Source: Bacteriovoracia bacterium
GTDB taxonomy: Bacteria; Bdellovibrionota; UBA1018; JBFWNL01
Length of the DNA: 64,000 nt
Assembly: GCA_050251055.1 (NCBI GenBank)
Contig: JBFWNL010000006.1
Coordinates: 192,001 to 256,000 of the forward strand
Direction of reading: 5' to 3'
Part shown: in pieces, positions 58,330 through 64,000 of the stretch
Layout: each line of letters opens with the position of its first letter
Position numbering within the stretch: the first letter of the stretch is position 1
The notes under the pieces: generated by a model
The model's database searches: none
Told to the model about the DNA's origin: nothing
Seen by the model: only the letters and a program-made list of their open reading frames with translations
Position numbers and translations under genes: made by a program

Positions 58330-59319
58330 ATGCCTCTAGACGTCCAAGCCCTCACCGAAGAGATCAAGCGCCGTAGTCAGTTCGTGGATGTAGTCCTGGG
58401 AGAAGCCGGAAAGGTAGTCGTTGGCCAGAAGACGCTGGTCGAGCGCTTGCTGCTCGCGCTTCTCTGCGACGGGCACGTCCTGCTCGAGGGTTTACCAGGA
58501 CTTGCGAAGACCCTCAGTATCAAGACGCTCGCCGACATCCTGCAAGCGAGCTTCCAGCGCATCCAGTTCACGCCCGACCTGCTCCCTTCGGATCTCGTGG
58601 GTACCATGATCTTCAACCAGAAGACGGGAGAGTTCACGCCGAAGAAGGGCCCGATTTTTTCTCAGCTCGTGCTCGCCGACGAAATCAACCGCGCGCCCGC
58701 GAAGGTGCAGAGCGCGCTTCTCGAAGCGATGGGCGAGCATCAGGTCACGATCGGCGAAACGACGTACACGCTCGAGCGTCCGTTCATCGTGCTGGCGACG
58801 CAAAACCCCATCGAACAAGAAGGTACCTACCCGCTGCCGGAAGCGCAGCTGGATCGCTTTTTATTCAAGGTTCGCGTCGACTATCCCACGTTTAACGAAG
58901 AGCGGGACATCCTAGATCGCATGTCGGGAACGCAGGCGCCGAAGGCCACGAAGGTCTGCCATCCGCAAACCATCCTCGACGCCCGCGAGATCTGCTCGCA
59001 AATCTACATGGATGAAAAGCTGAAGTATTACATCCTGGGCATCGTGTTCGCCACGCGTTTCCCGGAGAAGTACGGCCTACCGGATCTCAAGCAGCATATT
59101 CAGGTGGGGGCTTCCCCGCGCGCGACCATTTCGCTCGCGCGCGCGAGCCGTGGGAATGCCTTCATTAAGCATCGGGGATTTGTTACACCGGAAGACGTGA
59201 AGTCGGTGGCCTACGACGTGCTTCGCCACCGCATCCTGGTTTCTTTCGAGGCGGAAGCCGAAGGCATCAACTCGGAACAAATCATCAAACGGATCCTGGA
59301 GAAGGTGGAAGTGCCGTAA
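58330..59319 (+). CDS. moxR: MoxR family AAA+ ATPase
   Basis: LEGLPGLAKT, RIQFTPDLLPSD, DEINRAPAKVQSALLEAM, ATQNPIEQEGTYPLPEAQLDRF. Confidence 0.96.
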   Translation: MPLDVQALTEEIKRRSQFVDVVLGEAGKVVVGQKTLVERLLLALLCDGHVLLEGLPGLAKTLSIKTLADILQASFQRIQFTPDLLPSDLVGTMIFNQKTGEFTPKKGPIFSQLVLADEINRAPAKVQSALLEAMGEHQVTIGETTYTLERPFIVLATQNPIEQEGTYPLPEAQLDRFLFKVRVDYPTFNEERDILDRMSGTQAPKATKVCHPQTILDAREICSQIYMDEKLKYYILGIVFATRFPEKYGLPDLKQHIQVGASPRATISLARASRGNAFIKHRGFVTPEDVKSVAYDVLRHRILVSFEAEAEGINSEQIIKRILEKVEVP

Positions 59320-59337
59320 GGCCGGTGCAGGTCGAAC

Positions 59338-60225
59338 ATGGCCCACGTGCTTTCGGAAGAACTCCTCAGAAAAGTCCGTCAGATCGAGGTCACCACGCGC
59401 AAGGTGGTCACCGACGTCATGACCGGGCAGTACCGCAGCCAATTCAAGGGGCATGGCGTGCAGTTCTCCGAGCACCGGGTTTACCTGCCGGGCGACGACA
59501 TCCGTCACATCGATTGGAAGGCGAGCGCCAAGGGGCGCGACACCCTCATCAAGAAATTCGAAGAAGAACGCGAACTGACCGTGTTTTTGGTCGTGGACCT
59601 GTCGGGTTCCCAGGGCTTCGGCTCGAGCGCGAAGCTGAAGGCGGAGGTGTCGGCCGAGCTCGCGTCGATGCTCGCCTATGCGGCCGTGCACACGGGCGAC
59701 CGGGTGGGCGCGTTGCTTTTCGCCGGGGAAGTGGAAGAGGTCGTGCCGCCGCAGAAAGGGCGCATGCACGTACTGCGCATCGTGCGCAAGATCCTAGGCT
59801 TTCAGCCGAAAACGAAAGGCACGGACCTCAAGGGCGCGCTCGAGGCGGCGGACCGGGTGATGAAGCACGCCGGCGTGGTTTTCGTGCTCAGCGATTTCAT
59901 GGCCCAGGGCTACGACGCCCCCCTGAAAAAGCTCGCGCGGCGTCACGACGTCGTCGCGATCTGGATCGGCGACGAGCGCGAGCAGGAAGTACCGACCTCC
60001 GGGCTTTTTCACTTCGTGGATCCGGAGACGGGCCAAGAGAGCGTGGTCAATACGGGCTCCTTCGCGTTCCGGCGCTGGATCAAGGATTACTTCGCGCGCT
60101 TCAAGGCCGAGACCGAGCAGCGCTTAAAAAGCGGCAAGATCGATCAGCTGAGAATCTCAACCAAAGAGGACTACGCGGATGCCCTGGTGCGGTATTTCCG
60201 AAAACGCTCGTCGCGGCGCCGGTAG
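59338..60225 (+). CDS. DUF58 domain protein
   Basis: G..FSEHR.Y.PGDDIRHIDW, EEERE, VDLSGS, LSDF. Confidence 0.93.
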   Translation: MAHVLSEELLRKVRQIEVTTRKVVTDVMTGQYRSQFKGHGVQFSEHRVYLPGDDIRHIDWKASAKGRDTLIKKFEEERELTVFLVVDLSGSQGFGSSAKLKAEVSAELASMLAYAAVHTGDRVGALLFAGEVEEVVPPQKGRMHVLRIVRKILGFQPKTKGTDLKGALEAADRVMKHAGVVFVLSDFMAQGYDAPLKKLARRHDVVAIWIGDEREQEVPTSGLFHFVDPETGQESVVNTGSFAFRRWIKDYFARFKAETEQRLKSGKIDQLRISTKEDYADALVRYFRKRSSRRR

Positions 60226-61258
60226 CGCACGATCAGCTTTTTTCGCCCGTGGCTGGCGAGGCGGAATTGCGGCCGCGTGGATGGCGGCCCTCGTCTGGGG
60301 TGCGCCCGCGTCCGGCGCCGATAGCGCGCTGGATTTGGATTTCCTGAAGCACCCGGTAAAGCCGGTCGAGTGGGATTCCCCGCCCCCCGAGAAGATCGTG
60401 CTCGGTGACCAGCTGAAGCTGAAGATCACCGATTTGAACGAGGCCGCCGCGAGTGAAGCAGGCGACCTGCAGCTGAAGTCCCCCGAGCAAGGCAAGGACC
60501 TGCGCGATCTGGGTTGGGCGCTTCTCCCTCCCGCGCCACCCGCGCCCGGGGAACCGGGCGTGCTTCGCCTGATCGCCGTGCCGCTAAAATCCGGCAAGCT
60601 CATGCTCCCCTCGCTCGCCATCGTGGGCAAGGACGGCCAGACGTTCGCGCGCTCGAACCCATTTCCGGTGGAGGTCATCGGACCCGAGGCGGAGAACGGC
60701 GGGCAGGAAATCAAGCCGGCGGAGTTGAAGGATCCGGTGAAGCTTTCTTTTCCTTGGATGGCGGTGGCGTTCTTCACCTTGCTGATCTTGGGCATCGTCG
60801 GTGCGATCGTGTACGCGGCGATTCGTTGGTCGCGCGGAAAGCGCAAATCCGCCGAGAACCCATTGCCCGCGGCCCCGCCCATTCCCTACGATCTTGCCGC
60901 CTTGAATGCGCTCACGGCGCTCGCGGAGAAAGAGCTTTGGAAGATCGGGAAGTTCAAACAACACTACTTCCGCGTGTCGGAGATCATAAAAGTGTACCTG
61001 GGCGAACGGTATGACTTCGATGCTCCCGAATCCACGTCCTCCGAGATCGTGGCCCAGCTCGAAGCCTTGGGCGCGGCCGACCAAGTGGTCGACCAGGTCG
61101 AAAAATTCTTCGACAACGTAGATATCATTAAATTTGCCGATTCCGTGCCGACGCCGGAAGACGCGCAGCTGGCGATTAAGCTCGCTCGTCGCATCGTCGA
61201 GGGCACGCGCAAGCTTCCCGAAGTGACGTTGCCCCCCCCGGGAGGCCGGACGTCATGA
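60179..61258 (+). CDS. Bat-operon membrane protein (BatD-like N-terminal domain, TM, C-terminal helical domain); start uncertain
   Basis: Position between DUF58 and batA; YF.VSEII..YL...A.E.TS.E and D.IKFA motifs. Confidence 0.75.
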   Translation: MPWCGISENARRGAGSARSAFFARGWRGGIAAAWMAALVWGAPASGADSALDLDFLKHPVKPVEWDSPPPEKIVLGDQLKLKITDLNEAAASEAGDLQLKSPEQGKDLRDLGWALLPPAPPAPGEPGVLRLIAVPLKSGKLMLPSLAIVGKDGQTFARSNPFPVEVIGPEAENGGQEIKPAELKDPVKLSFPWMAVAFFTLLILGIVGAIVYAAIRWSRGKRKSAENPLPAAPPIPYDLAALNALTALAEKELWKIGKFKQHYFRVSEIIKVYLGERYDFDAPESTSSEIVAQLEALGAADQVVDQVEKFFDNVDIIKFADSVPTPEDAQLAIKLARRIVEGTRKLPEVTLPPPGGRTS

Positions 61259-62244
61259 GGGATTTCGGTTTCGGATCTTGGTACTTTTTATTGATCCTCC
61301 TGCTCATCCCGCTTCTGCATCGTTGGTGGTTTCGGCGCAACCTGCCGGCCCGCACGCGGTTCTCGCTGCCGATCCCGGAGGCTTTGCGCAACTCTAGCCC
61401 CGTGAAGTGGCTGATGGCCTTGCGCTACGCGGGCATCGCTTGCCTGCTCGTAGCGCTCGCGCGCCCGCAGCAGGAGCATCGTCAAATCCAGCGCAATGTC
61501 GACGGCATCGACATCATGCTCGTGATGGACGTTTCGGCGAGCATGAAGATCGAGGATCTGGGCGAGGCCTCGCGCTTCGAGATCGCCAAGGACACCTTGC
61601 GCGGCTTCATTAAGGGGCGGCAGAATGATCGCATCGGGTTCGTCGTGTTCAGCGGCGAGGCGTTCACGATGGCGCCGCCGACCCTTGATTACTCGCTCGT
61701 GCTGAAGGCCGTGCAAGACGTAAACATGGGCGTGCTCAAAGACGGTACGGCCATCGGCGACGGATTGACCGTGGGTGTGAACCGATTGAAAAATTCCACG
61801 GCCAAGAGTCGGGTCATCGTATTGCTCACAGACGGCGAAAACAACGTGGGTAAGGTCGACCCGGTGACGGCGGGCGAGCTCGCGGCCGGTTACGGGCTGA
61901 AGGTTTACTCCATCGCCATCGGGCGCGAGGGCCGCGTGCGGTTGCCCATCGATCACGAGGTGTTCGGCCGCGCGGTGCGCAGCTACCAGTACTTCGACAA
62001 TCAGCTCAATACGGAGCTGTTGGAGAAAATTTCGGCCAATACGAACGGTAAGTTTTACCGTGTCACCGATGAGAGCGCGCTGCAGTCGGTGTTCAAGGAA
62101 ATCGACCAGTTGGAGCGTACGACCCAAAAGGCGAACGAACGCGTGACTTATACGGATTTCTTCGAGGGCCCGCTGCGCTGGGGGTTTCTGCTCCTGCTGC
62201 TAGAGCAGCTCTTGGCCGTGGTCTGGTGGAGGATTCTCCCATGA
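61255..62244 (+). CDS. batA: vWA-domain protein BatA
   Basis: ALARPQ, DVSASM MIDAS motif, DRIG.VVF, GTAIGDG, LLTDGENN. Confidence 0.9.
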   Translation: MRDFGFGSWYFLLILLLIPLLHRWWFRRNLPARTRFSLPIPEALRNSSPVKWLMALRYAGIACLLVALARPQQEHRQIQRNVDGIDIMLVMDVSASMKIEDLGEASRFEIAKDTLRGFIKGRQNDRIGFVVFSGEAFTMAPPTLDYSLVLKAVQDVNMGVLKDGTAIGDGLTVGVNRLKNSTAKSRVIVLLTDGENNVGKVDPVTAGELAAGYGLKVYSIAIGREGRVRLPIDHEVFGRAVRSYQYFDNQLNTELLEKISANTNGKFYRVTDESALQSVFKEIDQLERTTQKANERVTYTDFFEGPLRWGFLLLLLEQLLAVVWWRILP

Positions 62245-64000
62245 GGTTTGCCGCTCCCCAATGGCTTTGGGCTTTGCTCCTCCTGCCGATTCTGTACGGC
62301 TACGTGGTCTGGGAGCTACGCCGGCGTCGCCAGATGTATGCGCGTTTCGCGGATTCCGCGGTTTGGCGCGTGATCGCCCCCGAGCTGGATTGGCAGGCGC
62401 GTCTGCGTAAGGGCGTCGTCTGGTTACTCGCGCTTGGGATGATGATCCTAGCGCTCGCGAGGCCTCAGTGGGGCACGCACGAGGAGTCGGTGAAGCTTAA
62501 TGGACTGGATCTCGTGGTGGCGCTCGATGTTTCCAATAGCATGTACGTCGAGGATTTCGTCCCGAGCCGCTTAAAAAAAGCCAAGCATGCCATCCGCAAC
62601 CTCGTCGCCCAGTTAAAAGGCGATCGGGTGGGGTTGGTGATTTTCGCGGGGAGCGCATACCTGGCTTCTCCGCTAACCACCGACATAGAATATTTTCTGG
62701 AAGTGTTGGAGACCGCGAGTCCCGAAGCTATTTCCAACCAGGGTACCGATATTGGCCTCGCGCTCGATACGTCGGCGCGCGCGCTGGAGCGCGCCGCCGA
62801 AGATCGCAGCGGCGCAAAACCCAGCGAGGGCGGCGCCGCGGGCGGGCCGGCGACGAAAGTCGTGCTGCTGATCTCCGATGGCGAAGACCTTGAGGAAGGC
62901 ATCGGCGCCGGCATCGAGGCGGTTAAGAAAGCGGGCGCCCGCTTTTTCGCCATGGGGATCGGCACGGAAAAGGGCGGCCCCGTGCCTATCCGCGATGACT
63001 CGGGAATTCTCGTGGGTTTCAAGAAAGATGAAAAACGTCAGCCGGTGGTGAGCCGGTTTCGGCCGGCCGCGCTGGCGAGCCTCACGCAGCAGCTGGCCGG
63101 GCGATACTGGGACATCAGCCCGAACGAAGGGGAAGTGGACGAGTTTTTACAGGAGATTGGAGCGCTTGAGCGGGGCGAGTTCAGCGAGCGAACTTACCTG
63201 GTTTATGAGAACCGCTATCAGATTCCTCTCTTCTTCGCCGTCTTGCTGCTCTTGCTGGAGCTTTCTTTTCGTGCCCACCGTCGGGTGGCGTTGGGGTTCC
63301 TGCTGTTTCTCCTAGCGGCGGGCGCGGCGCCCGCCCAGGCCGCCCCTGGTTTGGGAGTTTATCTGGAAAACGAGGCGGGCCTGAAAGCGTACCAGCAAGA
63401 AAACCTCGAAGAAGCCAAGAAGCACTTTGGCGCGGCCCAGGCCCAAAGTCCGCAAAGTCCCGAGCTCATGTACAACCAGGGCGTGATCCAGCACAAAAGC
63501 GGGAACCCTAAGGAAGCGGCGATGGCCTTTGATCAGGCGGCGCGGGATGCGCGCGCGGCGGGCCGCCCGGATCTGGCGGGCAAGATGTATTACAACCTGG
63601 GTAGCTCCATGGAAAAGACCAAGGACTATGACCAGGCCGTGATGGCCTATCTGAATTCAATCGAGCAAACCAAGGCATCCGGCGATAAGGAGCTAGAGCT
63701 CGAAGCCCGTAAACGCCTTGAAGCGATGATTCAGCAGGCCCAGCAGGAAAAACAGCAGAAGCAGGAGCAGAACGGGGATTCCGATCCGAATAAAAAAGAT
63801 CAGCAAAAACAAGCCGGCGGTAAGGATGATCAAAAACAAGATCAGTCCGGCGATCAAAAGCAGGATCAGAAACAAGCCGGCGGGTATCAAGAGAAGAAGC
63901 GCCAGCAGTACCAATCCGAAAAGCTCTCCAAAGAGGACGCGGATCGGGTGATGGCGGAGCTTTCCAACCGGGAAAAAGATCTTCAGAAAAAGATGAAAAA
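62241..64000 (+). CDS. batB: BatB-BatC fusion (vWA + TM + TPR + Q/D-rich tail), truncated by the window end; missing from the ORF track
   Basis: Manual translation from ATG 62241: MRFAAPQWLW, ALARPQWG, DVSNSM, GDRVGL, LISDGED; reads through YENRYQIPL into TPRs (YNQG, YYNLG) with no stop seen. Confidence 0.85.
   Translation, partial: MRFAAPQWLWALLLLPILYGYVVWELRRRRQMYARFADSAVWRVIAPELDWQARLRKGVVWLLALGMMILALARPQWGTHEESVKLNGLDLVVALDVSNSMYVEDFVPSRLKKAKHAIRNLVAQLKGDRVGLVIFAGSAYLASPLTTDIEYFLEVLETASPEAISNQGTDIGLALDTSARALERAAEDRSGAKPSEGGAAGGPATKVVLLISDGEDLEEGIGAGIEAVKKAGARFFAMGIGTEKGGPVPIRDDSGILVGFKKDEKRQPVVSRFRPAALASLTQQLAGRYWDISPNEGEVDEFLQEIGALERGEFSERTYLVYENRYQIPLFFAVLLLLLELSFRAHRRVALGFLLFLLAAGAAPAQAAPGLGVYLENEAGLKAYQQENLEEAKKHFGAAQAQSPQSPELMYNQGVIQHKSGNPKEAAMAFDQAARDARAAGRPDLAGKMYYNLGSSMEKTKDYDQAVMAYLNSIEQTKASGDKELELEARKRLEAMIQQAQQEKQQKQEQNGDSDPNKKDQQKQAGGKDDQKQDQSGDQKQDQKQAGGYQEKKRQQYQSEKLSKEDADRVMAELSNREKDLQKKMK

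Noticed and set aside
59325-60347. 340-aa alternative-frame ORF overlapping the DUF58 gene
   Set aside because: Arg/Gly-rich off-frame translation; the DUF58 frame carries all family motifs
63720-63900. Q/K/D-rich repetitive DNA near the window end
   Set aside because: Ordinary low-complexity linker of BatC-type proteins

Overview
GC-rich bacterial chromosome segment; gene content and order suggest a Bdellovibrionota/Oligoflexia-like organism (inference). The right ~35 kb is mostly core genes: grpE-dnaK-dnaJ, hemW, an M16 peptidase, a Fur-boxed iron-uptake operon (PepSY-TM, TonB-dependent receptor, piuC, tonB), tatC, rpsF-rpsR-DUF2232-rplI-dnaB and a moxR-DUF58-batA-batB/C operon that runs off the end. 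The left ~29 kb is accessory and holds the main finding, a module present three times in diverged form. Each copy has (i) a TIGR02147/DUF4423-like putative DNA-binding regulator, (ii) directly downstream, a member of one lipoprotein family with a conserved Cys pair and GxYxxhxL motif, (iii) a very AT-rich divergent promoter spacer with its own repeated motif (IHF-consensus sites in cassettes 1 and 3), and (iv) a type IV pilin-like protein with a conserved N-terminal half and an unrelated C-terminal domain, plus secreted cargo that differs per copy. I read this as a possibly uncharacterised, individually regulated pilus-tip/surface-protein cassette system; the function is inferred. No tRNA, rRNA, CRISPR array, transposase or integrase was seen. 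All family assignments come from reading motifs by eye, not from database searches.
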